A stretch of DNA of 63,217 nucleotides, filler included, from Thermodesulfobacteriota bacterium (GTDB lineage Bacteria > DASVDK01): assembly GCA_036381125.1 (NCBI GenBank). It is 9 parts of 9 records of this genome, joined end to end, with 100 filler letters (N's around TTAATTAATTAA, not from the genome) between each part and the next. Parts side by side here need not be neighbours in the genome. Positions count along the whole stretch, not along the records: positions 1 to 10,421 come from DASVDK010000308.1; positions 10,522 to 12,741 come from DASVDK010000309.1; positions 12,842 to 24,409 come from DASVDK010000310.1; 6 more parts are not named here. The stretch is one strand, 5' to 3'. Position numbers and translations under genes: made by a program. Under the pieces are notes generated by a model. The model saw only the letters and a program-made list of their open reading frames with translations, did no database searches and had not been told where the DNA came from. Shown one piece after another: positions 9,534 to 20,673 of the stretch; position 1 is the first letter of the stretch, and every line of letters starts with the position of its first letter.

Positions 9534-10421
9534 TCGGCCGCACACGCACGGCCCTCCCCGACGAACGCGGGCACTACGGCGAGTTCGGCGGGCGGTACGT
9601 CGCGGAGACGCTCATGCCGGCCCTGCACGAGCTCGAGCGGGCCTACGCCGAGGCGCTGGCGGACCCGGCCTTCGCCGAGGAGTTCGACCGCCTCGGCCGC
9701 GACTACGTCGGCCGTCCCTCGCCGCTCACCTTCGCGCCCAACCTGACCGAGCGGCTCGGCGGCGCGAAGATCTACCTCAAGCGCGAGGACCTCAACCACA
9801 CCGGCTCGCACAAGGTCAACAACTGCATCGGCCAGGCGCTCCTCGCGCGGCGCATGGGCAAGAGGCGGATCATCGCCGAGACCGGGGCCGGGCAGCACGG
9901 GGTCGCCGCGGCCACCGTGGCCGCGAAGTTCGGGATGTCGTGCGACGTCTACATGGGCGCGGAGGACGTGAAGCGGCAGAGCCTCAACGTCTTCCGCATG
10001 AAGCTCCTCGGCGCGCGCGTGATCCCGGTCGAGTCGGGCACCCGGACGCTCAAGGACGCGCTCAACGAGGCGCTGCGCGACTGGGTGACGAACGTCTACG
10101 ACACCTACTACATGATCGGCACCGTGGCCGGGCCGCACCCCTATCCCATGCTCGTCCGCGACTTCCAGCGGGTGATCGGCGACGAGGTGCGCGCGCAGCT
10201 CGAGGCCGCCGAGGGACGCCTGCCCGACGTCCTGGTGGCCTGCGTCGGCGGCGGCAGCAACGCCATGGGGCTCTTCTACCCGTTCGTCGAGGACCGGTCG
10301 GTGCGGCTCGTGGGCGCCGAGCCGGCCGGCGGCGGGATCGAGACCGGCCGCCACGCCGCCTCCATCATCGGGGGGGCGGTGGGGGTCCTGCACGGCAGCA
10401 AGTCGTTCGTCCTGCAGGACC
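9530..10421 (+). CDS. trpB: Tryptophan synthase beta chain, 3'-truncated by contig end
   Basis: [53 protein letters not shown]. Confidence 0.97.
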
Positions 10422-10521
10422 NNNNNNNNNNNNNNNNNNNNNNNNNNNNNNNNNNNNNNNNNNNNTTAATTAATTAANNNNNNNNNNNNNNNNNNNNNNN
10501 NNNNNNNNNNNNNNNNNNNNN
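10422..10521. other. Artificial contig-joining spacer
   Basis: N-run, TTAATTAATTAA (stops in all six frames), N-run; genes cut on both sides. Confidence 0.98.
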
Positions 10522-10523
10522 GC

Positions 10524-10931
10524 CTGGCGCGGCTCGGGCCGCGCGCCCAGGACCCGCTGGCCGCCCTTGCCGAGGTGGGCGGCCTCGAGATCGCCGCGCT
10601 CGCCGGCTTCCTCCTCGGCGCCGCGGCGGCGCGGCTCCCGGTCGTCCTCGACGGCGTCATCACCGGCGCCGCGGCGCTCGCCGCCGCGCGCCTCGTCCCG
10701 GCGGCCGCAGACGCCTGGATCACCGCGCACCGCTCGCCCGAGCCGGCGCACGGGCCGGTCCTCGACGCGCTGCGCCTTCGCCCGCTCCTCGACCTCGAGA
10801 TGCGTCTCGGCGAGGGGAGCGGCGCCTGCCTCGGCCTCGGCCTCGTCACGGCCGCCTGCCGCATGCTCCGCGAGATGGCGACGTTCGAGGAGGCGGAGGT
10901 GTCCGAAGCGCCCGGCGAGCCGGGCGTCTAG
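10524..10931 (+). CDS. cobT: Nicotinate-nucleotide--dimethylbenzimidazole phosphoribosyltransferase, C-terminal part
   Basis: VGGLEIAALAG, PVVLDG, AHRSPEPAH, LLDLEMRLGEGSGA. Confidence 0.93.
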   Translation: MARLGPRAQDPLAALAEVGGLEIAALAGFLLGAAAARLPVVLDGVITGAAALAAARLVPAAADAWITAHRSPEPAHGPVLDALRLRPLLDLEMRLGEGSGACLGLGLVTAACRMLREMATFEEAEVSEAPGEPGV

Positions 10932-12418
10932 CTCTCCCAGCCGCGGTAGTACGCGACGAGTCGGGGTGCGAGCCGGCGGGCGAGGGAGGCCGCCTCGGCC
11001 GGGCAGGGGGCCGCCGCGAGGCGGCCGGCCAGCTCGCGCGCCGCCTCGGCCTCGTCGAACCGGGTCGGCCGCCCGTCGGCGAGCACCACCTCGCCCCCCA
11101 CGAGCACGCACCGCACGTCGCGCGCCTGGGCGCGCAGGACGAGCAGCGCCCGGGGATCCGCCTCGGGGGCGACCCAGGGCCGGGTGATCCGCTCGAGGTC
11201 GACCAGGACGAGGTCGGCGGCGAGGCCCGCGGCGAGGCGGCCGAGCCGGTCGGCCTTGCCGAGGAGCCGCGCGCCGCCGGTCGTCGCCATGCCGAGCACG
11301 TCGGCGACCGTCGGCGCCGGGCCGCCGAGGTGCGGCGTCCGGTGCAGCCGCAGCGCGACCCGCATCTCCCGCAGGAGGTCGTCGTCGTCGTCGAGGCCGT
11401 TGGCATCCAGACCGATCGCCACGGTCACGCCGGCGGCGAGGAGGGCGTTCAGCGGCCCGACGCCGGCGCGCAGCCTGAGGTTCGAGCTGGGGTTGTGGGC
11501 GAGGGAGGCGCCGCTCTCGGCCAGGGCGGCGATCTCGGGCCCGGTCAGCCAGACGCCGTGCGCGATCGACAGCCGTGGCGAGAGGACGCCGAGGTCCCGC
11601 AGGTGGAGGAGGACGGGGGCGCCGTAGGCACGCGGGCCGACGAGCTTCTCGCGCAAGGACTCGGCGACGTGCGTCTGGATGCGCGTGTCGAGCCGGGCGG
11701 CCGCCTCGGCGATCCGCGCCCAGGTGCCGTCGGACGTCCAGTGCGGCCCCGGCGGGCCGAACCAGACCTCGAGGCGCGGGTGGTCCCGGTAGGCCCGCCG
11801 GAGGTCCTCGACGATCCCCAGGTAGTCGTCCGCGTCGAGCGTGCCGGCGGCCGGCACGAGCCTCGAGGCTTCGGCGCGCAGGTCGGGCGGGAGGGTCGCC
11901 AGGAACCGCTCGTCCTCGCCCGGGCCGGCGACGAGGTGGCTCTGCTCCGCGAAGCCGGGGGCGAGCGCGACCCGGATCCCGGCGGCGTCGTAGCCCTCGA
12001 GGCTCCGGCGAAGCTCGGCCGCGAAGGCGTCGGCCGGGCCGGCGCCGCTCGTCATGTCGACGACCGACGTGACGCCGGAGCGCAGGAGCCGCCCCGCGGT
12101 CAGGACCGCGTCGAGGAAGGGGTCGCCGGGACGCCGGCAGCCGAGGGCGAGGAGCCACGGCTCGAGGTGGTCGTCGGCGACGCCGTGCTGCAGCACCGTG
12201 GCGCCGCCGGCGTGGTGGTGCGCGTCGACGAGGCCCGGGAGGACGGCCACGCCGTCGCCGCCCAGGACCTCGGCCGCCGGATGGCGGGCCCGGAGGGCGG
12301 CGTACGGGCCCACCTCGGCGATCCGGTCGCCCGTCACGGCCACGGCGCCGTCGGCGAGGACCGGGTCGGCCGGGCCGGTGAGGACCCACCGACCCCGGAC
12401 GAGTCGCGTCTCGGTCAT
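10928..12418 (-). CDS. Metal-dependent amidohydrolase (SsnA/MTA-SAH deaminase-like); substrate unknown
   Basis: PGLVDAHHH, THVAES, AHGVW, HNPSSNLRL, GLD, GRL..G..ADLV. Confidence 0.9.
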   Translation of the reverse strand: MTETRLVRGRWVLTGPADPVLADGAVAVTGDRIAEVGPYAALRARHPAAEVLGGDGVAVLPGLVDAHHHAGGATVLQHGVADDHLEPWLLALGCRRPGDPFLDAVLTAGRLLRSGVTSVVDMTSGAGPADAFAAELRRSLEGYDAAGIRVALAPGFAEQSHLVAGPGEDERFLATLPPDLRAEASRLVPAAGTLDADDYLGIVEDLRRAYRDHPRLEVWFGPPGPHWTSDGTWARIAEAAARLDTRIQTHVAESLREKLVGPRAYGAPVLLHLRDLGVLSPRLSIAHGVWLTGPEIAALAESGASLAHNPSSNLRLRAGVGPLNALLAAGVTVAIGLDANGLDDDDDLLREMRVALRLHRTPHLGGPAPTVADVLGMATTGGARLLGKADRLGRLAAGLAADLVLVDLERITRPWVAPEADPRALLVLRAQARDVRCVLVGGEVVLADGRPTRFDEAEAARELAGRLAAAPCPAEAASLARRLAPRLVAYYRGWES

Positions 12419-12425
12419 GCCCGAC

Positions 12426-12431
12426 AGGCTA
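12426..12431 (-). promoter_or_regulatory. Candidate -10 element for leaderless amidohydrolase mRNA
   Basis: TAGCCT 7 nt before ATG, no SD. Confidence 0.45.
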
Positions 12432-12436
12432 GCGCA

Positions 12437-12741
12437 CTACTCCGAGGCAAGGGCGACGACCGGATCGAGCCGCGCCGCCTTGCGGGCCGGCAGGTACCCG
12501 AAGAGGACGCCGGTCAGGAAGGCGCAGGAGAAGGCGAGCAGGGGGGGCGCGGGGGAGAAGGCGACCGACAGGCCGAGGGCGCCCGCCGTCGCCGCCGCCC
12601 CGAGGCCGAGCGCCACGCCGACGAGGCCGCCGAGGCCGCAGACGACGATCGCCTCGGTGTTGAACTGCAGCAGGATGTCCCGCATCCGCGCGCCGGTCGC
12701 CATGCGCACGCCGATCTCGCGCGTCCGCTCGGTGACGCTCA
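12437..12741 (-). CDS. MacB/FtsX-type ABC transporter permease, C-terminal part
   Basis: [17 protein letters not shown]...ILLQFNTEA...[18 protein letters not shown]. Confidence 0.92.
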
Positions 12742-12841
12742 NNNNNNNNNNNNNNNNNNNNNNNNNNNNNNNNNNNNNNNNNNNNTTAATTAATTAANNN
12801 NNNNNNNNNNNNNNNNNNNNNNNNNNNNNNNNNNNNNNNNN
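12742..12841. other. Artificial contig-joining spacer
   Basis: N-run/TTAATTAATTAA/N-run. Confidence 0.98.
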
Positions 12842-12842
12842 C

Positions 12843-13064
12843 AAGACGCTCGACCTCGTCGGCGACCTCGCGCTGCTCGGGATGCCGCTTCGGGGGCGCG
12901 TGGCGGTGGCGCGCGGCGGGCACGCGCTCCACACCCGCCTCGTCGCGGCGCTCCTGGCCGACGAGTCGGCGTGGCACCTCGAGGGGGCCGGCGAGGCGCC
13001 CCGCCGCCACCGGGAGCGGCCGCGTCGGCTGCTCGCCGCCCAGCCGGCCGCCGCCCTGGGCTAG
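12843..13064 (+). CDS. lpxC: UDP-3-O-acyl-GlcNAc deacetylase, C-terminal part
   Basis: KTLDLVGDLALLG..LRG....RGGHALH..LV..LL matches the LpxC (H)KxLD and GH motifs. Confidence 0.88.
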   Translation, partial: KTLDLVGDLALLGMPLRGRVAVARGGHALHTRLVAALLADESAWHLEGAGEAPRRHRERPRRLLAAQPAAALG

Positions 13065-13148
13065 CCACCGGGCCCGGCCCCGGGGTCAGGCCGTTACGCC
13101 GCCCGTCGTTGCGGCCCGGCGCGGAAAAACTCGAGACCTGACCCCACG

Positions 13149-13177
13149 TTGCGTTTTCCTCCCGCGGACGGTAGATT
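13149..13177 (+). promoter_or_regulatory. Sigma70-type promoter for the ntrY/ntrX-like operon
   Basis: TTGCGT-N17-TAGATT upstream of GGAGG SD and GTG 13226. Confidence 0.55.
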
Positions 13178-13225
13178 TGGGCCCCGCGCTCCCCCGGGGG
13201 AGCGCGGACCGTCCGGAGGCTTCAC

Positions 13226-15516
13226 GTGACGCGATCGACCCCCCCGGCATCCCGATGTCCCGGCGCCGCGGACGAGCACGCCGCGGAGCACGTGCGGCGC
13301 CGGCGCGAGCGCGTCCTGATCGTCGTCACCGGCGTCTCGATCCTCCTGCTGGTCGCGCTCCAGAGCTTCCTCTCCCAGGCAAGCCGTACGTCGCTCTCCG
13401 GGATCGGCAACCTCCTCGTGTACGGCTTCATCAACGTCAACGTCATCCTGATGTTGCTGTTGATGTACCTGGTCATCCGCAACCTGGTGAAGCTCCTCCT
13501 CGAGCGGCGCCAGCGGGTGCTCGGGGCCCGGCTGAGGACCCGGCTCGTCTCGGTCTTCGTCCTCCTCTCGCTCGCGCCGACGATCGCCCTCTTCGCCGTG
13601 AGCGCGGTGTTCGTCCGGTCGAGCATCAACAACTGGTTCATCGCCACGGTCGAGAACTCCCTGGCCGAGTCGCTCGAGGTGGCCGAGGCGTACTACGAGA
13701 GCGCCCAGGAGCGGGCGATCCACGACGCGCGCACCATGGCGCGGACGATCGCCGATCAGCGCTACACGGCGCCCGAGAACCGGATCGCGCTCGAGAACTT
13801 CATCAGGCGCCGCCTGGTCGAGCTGAACCTGGCGGGGGTTGAGGTCTGGTCGGGCCGGCAGACCCTCCTGGCGAGCACCGCCGACCCGAACATCGTGGCC
13901 GAGGCGGAGGCGCCCCGCGCCCCGCGGGAGGGGTACGACGGCGTCGCGGTGGGGCGCAACTACCCGTCGCCCCAGGGGGGGCTCTTCATCCGCGGGATCG
14001 CGCCGATCCAGCTCCCCGGCGGCCCGGTGCAGGGCGTCGTGGTGGCGAGCCTCCACATCCCGCGCAACCTCGTCCAGAAGGTCGGCGACATCCGGGCCGG
14101 CTTCGACGAGTACAAGACGCTCAAGATCCTCAAGCAGCCGATCAAGTCGTCCTACGTCCTCACGCTCCTCCTGGTGACGCTCCTCATCATGCTGGCGGCC
14201 ACCTGGTTCGGGTTCCGGCTGGCCAAGGAGCTGACCGGGCCGGTGCAGGAGCTGGCCGAGGGGACCCGGCGGGTCGCCGAGGGGGACCTCGACTTCCGGC
14301 TCCAGGTCAGGTCGGACGACGAGGTCGGGATGCTCGTCGAGTCCTTCAACCGGATGACGAGCGATCTCAAGACGAGCAAGGCCGAGCTGACGCGCGCGAA
14401 CACGGAGCTCAGGGCGAGCAACGTCGAGCTCGACCGCCGGCGCGCCTACATGGAGATCGTGCTGCGGAACATCGGCGCGGGGGTCATCGCGCTCGACCGC
14501 GAGGGGGTCGTCACCGCGTTCAACACGGCCGCCGAGCGGCTCCTCGGGCTCGACGCGGGGCTGGTCGTCGGCCGGCCGTACCGCGAGGCCTTCACCGCCG
14601 ACGAGACGGCGCTCGTGCGGAACCTCATCCACGAGCTCGGCGCGGCGGAGTCGGACGCCATCGAGCGGCAGGTGAAGCTCACGGTGGGCGACAAGACGCT
14701 GACCCTGCTCGTCAGCCTCACGCTCCTGCGGGACGAGCGGCACCACTACCTCGGGCTCGTCGTCGTGTTCGAGGACCTCACGGAGGTGCTCAAGGTACAG
14801 CGGATGAGCGCCTGGCGCGAGGTGGCGCGGCGGATCGCCCACGAGATCAAGAACCCGCTCACGCCGATCCAGCTCTCGGCCCAGCGGCTGCGCCGGCGCT
14901 ACCTCGAGAAGCTCGACGGCGACGCGGCCGTCTTCGACGAGTGCACGTCGACGATCATCAAGCAGGTGGACGAGCTGAAGACGCTGGTCAACGAGTTCTC
15001 GAACTTCGCGCGGCTGCCGGCGGTCAACCCGCGCCCCTCGGACCTCAACGTCATCGTGCGCGAGGCGGTGGCGCTCTACCGCGAGGCGCACAAGGCCGTG
15101 GCGTTCCGCGTCGACGAGGAAACCGACCTGCCGGTGATCGACCTCGACCCCGAGCAGATGAAGCGCGTTCTCATCAACCTGCTCGAGAACGCCGTGGCCG
15201 CCATCGTCGGCGAGGGAGCGGTCGCCGTGTCGGGGACGGGGGCGCCGGCCGCGGCGCCGGCGGGCGAGGTGGTGGTCACGACCCGCGTCGACCCGGAACG
15301 ACAGGTCGTCCGCCTCGAGGTGACCGACACCGGGTGCGGCATCCCGGCCGAGATCCGGGGCCGCCTGTTCGAGCCCTACTTCTCGACCAAGAAGAACGGC
15401 ACCGGGCTCGGGCTCGCCATCGTGAGCACGATCGTCGCCGACCACAACGGGTACATCCGGGTGAAGGACAACGAGCCGCGCGGCACGCGGTTCATGATCG
15501 AGTTGCCGTACCGGCC

Positions 15517-15520
<4 letters not shown>
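13226..15520 (+). CDS. NtrY-like membrane sensor histidine kinase (TM-HAMP-PAS-HisKA-HATPase)
   Basis: AWREVARRIAHEIKNPLTPIQLSAQRL H-box, NLLENA, DTGCGI, FEPYFSTK, GTGLGL; N-terminal TMs and HAMP. Confidence 0.93.
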
Positions 15521-16923
<1,403 letters not shown>

Positions 16924-16947
16924 GCCGGCACGCGGCGCCGCCCGGCG

Positions 16948-17634
16948 TCAGGCATCCTCCTCGTCGGCCCCGAGGATCGCGGTCGCGAGCCCCAGGTACT
17001 GCCGCAGCTCCTCGAAGTGGGCCGGGCGCAGCTCCCCGTTCGAGAAGCGGACCTCGGCCACGACCCCTCTCGACAGCGGCCAGGTGAAGACCCGCCCGCG
17101 CGTCGGGCCGTCGGCGGCCGGCGGGCTGCCGGACGGCCCGCCGGCGGGCGGCGCCGCGCGGGCCCCGTTGCGGGGCGAGGCCTCGAGCCCCGCCGCCGCC
17201 ATCGTCTCCCGGAACGCGCGGATGGCGAGCCGCGCTCCCGCCTCCGAGAAGTGCCGGTCGAAGATCAGGTGCGAGCGGAGCGCGTCGTCGGAGGCGTCCC
17301 GGTGGCTGTCGTGGAGCTGCCGGAAGAGGTCCGGTCGCAAGGCGGCCTCGTGGAGCGCCCGCGTGAAGGCCTCCGAGCGCGCCGGCTCGAGCGCGAGCCG
17401 CATGCCGAGGTCCGAGACGCGCACCCCCTCGCCGTCGTCCTCGATCAGGCCGTAGCGCTTGAGCGAGGCGAGGCGCACGCGCGCCGGCCCCGACAGGCTC
17501 GCGTAGCCCCAGGCGCGCACCGCCACCCCCGCCGGAACGGTCGTTCGCTTCTCCTGCTTCCAGAGCGCCTGCGCGAGCCTCACGGCCGCCTCGAGCGGCA
17601 GGGCAGGGTAGTTGGGACTCCGGGTCCGCGGCAT
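16948..17634 (-). CDS. Conserved-looking hypothetical protein, probable winged-helix DNA-binding
   Basis: MPRTRSPNYPALPLEAAV...GY.SLSG...LASLKRYGLIE; GC3-rich codon use from ATG 17634. Confidence 0.7.
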   Translation of the reverse strand: MPRTRSPNYPALPLEAAVRLAQALWKQEKRTTVPAGVAVRAWGYASLSGPARVRLASLKRYGLIEDDGEGVRVSDLGMRLALEPARSEAFTRALHEAALRPDLFRQLHDSHRDASDDALRSHLIFDRHFSEAGARLAIRAFRETMAAAGLEASPRNGARAAPPAGGPSGSPPAADGPTRGRVFTWPLSRGVVAEVRFSNGELRPAHFEELRQYLGLATAILGADEEDA

Positions 17635-18046
17635 CGCACGCCTGCCATGCATCTCGCGAGCCTCGCAGGCGGCAGGCTTGCGCCGTCCGTCCAGGGGCGT
17701 CGGAGACGTGCCGAGGCGTCTTCGAGGCGTCTTGCGGCGCCTGCGCATCCCGGAGGCGCCGCGAGGCTCCACAGGCTGTGGAATCTCTGAGCGGCGAGGC
17801 GTCCTGGCAGCCTCCACAGACTCGCCAGGCGGGGGCTCGGTCATTATCTCAGGGTCAACCACGCACGGGCAGGCGACTCGGATTCGCAGCCCTCGTCGGT
17901 CGCGTGTGGCCCGAGGAGCGCCGCAATGCCGGCAGCACGAGGTCGATCGCCTCGCGGCCAGGCACCCGGCCGATCACGGCGCCTGACGGCCCTCGGGTTG
18001 CGGCGCGACGCAGGGCCAGCCGGCTGGCGCAGGGCGCCCGCGGCTC

Positions 18047-18062
18047 GGGCGCCGCTCTTGCA
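18047..18062 (+). promoter_or_regulatory. Candidate sigma54 -24/-12 promoter
   Basis: GGGCGCCGCTCTTGCA = GG-N10-GC with TTGCA, ending 27 nt upstream of ATG 18090. Confidence 0.45.
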
Positions 18063-18089
18063 GTCCGGCCCGGCAGAAGGAGGCACGCG

Positions 18090-18479
18090 ATGCGCGCCAC
18101 GCTACGGGACCGTGGGCAGTACGAGCTGGTGGAGAACCACGGCCGGCTCCTCCTCGTGCTCGACGGCACGCAGTGGTTCAGCTGGCTGCCGGCGTCGGAG
18201 GCCGAGGCGCCCGCCATCGAGATCGACGAGCCGGAGGGCGCAGCCCGGACGGTGCGGCAAGGGGAGTTCTATCTCATGGACATCGTGGACGACCCGACGC
18301 TGCGCGACGGCCTGCACCTGTTCCTCGAGGGCGACGGCGCGTTCGACGAGGTGCTCCTGCCGGACGGGATCCCGACGGAGCACGAGGGGAAGACCGTGAT
18401 CGCGACCGGCTACGCGGCGACACGCGAGGAGCTCGAGGCCTACCTCGCGCCGCGCGACCGCGTCGTGCGCCCCGCCTGA
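18090..18479 (+). CDS. Hypothetical acidic protein (129 aa)
   Basis: Strong AAGGAGG SD, ATG, globular-looking composition. Confidence 0.75.
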   Translation: MRATLRDRGQYELVENHGRLLLVLDGTQWFSWLPASEAEAPAIEIDEPEGAARTVRQGEFYLMDIVDDPTLRDGLHLFLEGDGAFDEVLLPDGIPTEHEGKTVIATGYAATREELEAYLAPRDRVVRPA

Positions 18480-18571
18480 CGGCCGGGCCCGGCCGGGTGG
18501 TGAGGCCGCCCGCCTCCGGCAGGACGACCCCGCTCACGACGCATGGCCCGCCGCGGGCAGGCCGGTCGCGA

Positions 18572-19165
18572 CTAGGCCGCCGTGGTCGCCCCCGTCCGCA
18601 GGCGCTGGCCGATCTGCCGGGCGTGCCACTCGAGCCCGCGCAGCGAGTCGAGGATGGCGAGGAAGAGCGACGAGGCCTGCGGCACGCAAACCCCCTCGAC
18701 GAGCCGCCGCTCGTGGGCCTCCGCGAAGGCGGTCGCGCGGGAGCCGAGCGCCGAGCCCCTTCGCGCCACCGCGTCGAGCAGGAAGCGGTTGCGGGTCTCG
18801 AGCGCGTCGTGCACCAGCCGCATCAGCTCCGTCGCCCGGATCATCAGCTCCTCGATCTCCGCCACCGCCCGGTCGGAGAAGGGGATGCCGTCGCGCAGGA
18901 TGGTGCGCGCGCAGCGGAGGATCGTCTCCGCCTGGTCGCCGATCCGCTCGAGGTGGCCGGGGACGAACTGCCAGGGGGTGCGCAGGAGGTCCGCGGTGAG
19001 GCGCTGCTCGGCCGCGTGGATGCCGGCGGCCAGCTCCTCGGCCCGCCCGAGCGCCGCCGCGTCGTAGTGCGTGAGGGCGCGGGCGAGCGTGGCGAGGAGC
19101 GCCTCCGCCTGGGCACACTGGTCGAGCAGCGCCTGCGGGGCCCTGGGGTGGGGATCGACCGCCAT
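18572..19165 (-). CDS. Stand-alone PhoU-like helical domain protein
   Basis: HLERIGD, FSDRAVAEI, HERRLVEGVC...SSLFLAIL resemble the Na/Pi-cotransporter C-terminal PhoU domain; GAGGAGG SD. Confidence 0.8.
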   Translation of the reverse strand: MAVDPHPRAPQALLDQCAQAEALLATLARALTHYDAAALGRAEELAAGIHAAEQRLTADLLRTPWQFVPGHLERIGDQAETILRCARTILRDGIPFSDRAVAEIEELMIRATELMRLVHDALETRNRFLLDAVARRGSALGSRATAFAEAHERRLVEGVCVPQASSLFLAILDSLRGLEWHARQIGQRLRTGATTAA

Positions 19166-19308
19166 GGTGGCCTCCTCGCCCGGCGCGGCCGGGCGTCGCG
19201 CGAAGCCTCGAGCGACCGGCCGGTGCGGCACGGAGCAAGCCGGGAGGTCGGGCAGGGTCGGCCGGGGCCCGGATACGCCACCACTCTAGCGCGGCGTCGT
19301 GCGCGCGG

Positions 19309-20625
19309 TCACGGTCCGACCGTGACCGACCCGGTCCGCTCGCCGCCGCCCCCGCCGTCCGCGGCCGCGACCGCGGCGGCGCCGGCCACCACGCCGACGC
19401 CGATCAGCGCCCACCAGTACCACTTGTGATACCAGCGGTCCCGCGCCGCCGCGCCGCTCCCCGAGGTCGGCGCGTCCAGACCCGCACGCGCGCCGACCGC
19501 GGTCGGCGCCACGGCAAGGGGCGGCAGCGTGGACGAGCGCCAGGCGGCGACGAGCCGCGGGCGCGGTCGCGGCGCCTCGCCGCGCGCGGCGGCCGCGAGC
19601 CACGCCCCGACGCGGCGGCCCGCCGCGACGGCGTCGGGCGACTCGACGAGCGCGAGCAGGGCCTCGGTGTCGCCGGTCGCGAGGTCCACGAGCGCCGCGG
19701 CCGCGGCGAGCCCCGCGGGAGTCCCCTCGACCCAGACGAGCGCGAGACGGTCCGCGCCGAGCGCGTCGGCCAGGGCGGCCGCCGCCCCGGGCGCGATGTC
19801 GGGACGCGCGTCGGCCGCGGACAGGCTGCGCGCGAGCGCGACGAGCGACGGGCCGACCGCGCCGGCCGGGACGACGACCTCGACGACGTCGGGGCCGAAC
19901 TCGTTCGCGTCGATCGTGAGCGCGGTCGGCGTCCCGAGGGGCGACTGGGCGACCACGGCGTGGGGGCCCGGCGCGAGCGGCTCCATGGCCAGCGGCGTGC
20001 GGCCGCGGTGCACGCCGTCGACGAAGAGGTCCGCGCCGATCGGGACGGCCGAGAGGTGCAGGCGCGTCGGGCGGACCGCGGTGAGCCGGACGCGGGCCGT
20101 CGCGAGCGCGTGCTCCACGGCGGGCGCATATCGGCCCGGCGGGAGGGCGAGCCCCGGCGCAAGGTGCAGCGCCCGCTCGAACGCGCGCTCGGCGAGGGCG
20201 GCATCACCCAGGCCGAGCGCGACGACGCCGAGGAGCACCGGCGCGTCGAGCAGGTCAGGCGCCGCGGCCGCCAGTCGGGGGTCGGCCTCGAGCGCCGCGG
20301 TCACGGCCTCGAAGCGCGCACGCGCCGTGTCGGCGTCGAGCGCCTCGTAGGCCGCGCGGCCGGCGTCGAGCCCCTCGCGCAGCGCCTCGACGGCCGCTCG
20401 CGAGACCTCCGGGCGGCGCGGCCCGGCGACGATCGCAAGCCCATCCGCGCCGGCGACGATCCGCTCGCGGAGGTCGCGCGCGACACGGGGCGAGAGATCG
20501 GGCGCCGGGACGACCAGGAGGGCGACCGGAGGGGTCGGCGCCGCAGCGGGGGCAGCCGCCGGCATGCCGACGAGCAGGGGAACCAGCGCGCCGGCAAGCC
20601 AGCGTCGCACAACGAGCGAGGGCAT
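19309..20625 (-). CDS. Secreted/membrane PEGA-domain protein with TPR-like helices
   Basis: Signal peptide, SAVPIGADLFVDGVHRGRTPL..LAPGPH PEGA motif, C-terminal WYHKWYWWALIGVGVV anchor. Confidence 0.8.
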   Translation of the reverse strand: MPSLVVRRWLAGALVPLLVGMPAAAPAAAPTPPVALLVVPAPDLSPRVARDLRERIVAGADGLAIVAGPRRPEVSRAAVEALREGLDAGRAAYEALDADTARARFEAVTAALEADPRLAAAAPDLLDAPVLLGVVALGLGDAALAERAFERALHLAPGLALPPGRYAPAVEHALATARVRLTAVRPTRLHLSAVPIGADLFVDGVHRGRTPLAMEPLAPGPHAVVAQSPLGTPTALTIDANEFGPDVVEVVVPAGAVGPSLVALARSLSAADARPDIAPGAAAALADALGADRLALVWVEGTPAGLAAAAALVDLATGDTEALLALVESPDAVAAGRRVGAWLAAAARGEAPRPRPRLVAAWRSSTLPPLAVAPTAVGARAGLDAPTSGSGAAARDRWYHKWYWWALIGVGVVAGAAAVAAADGGGGGERTGSVTVGP

Positions 20626-20643
20626 GGTAGCCTCCTCTCGGTA

Positions 20644-20673
20644 ACTCTATTGACGGTATCGGGCGGGTGTCAA
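20644..20673 (-). promoter_or_regulatory. Sigma70-type promoter for the PEGA protein, overlapping the kinase start
   Basis: Minus strand TTGACA-N18-TAGAGT followed by AGAGGAGG SD and ATG 20625. Confidence 0.6.

Noticed and set aside
10446..10457. TTAATTAATTAA as a biological repeat or att site
   Set aside because: Always centred in N-runs of fixed length; a six-frame stop linker. ORFs ending in X...LIN are artefacts
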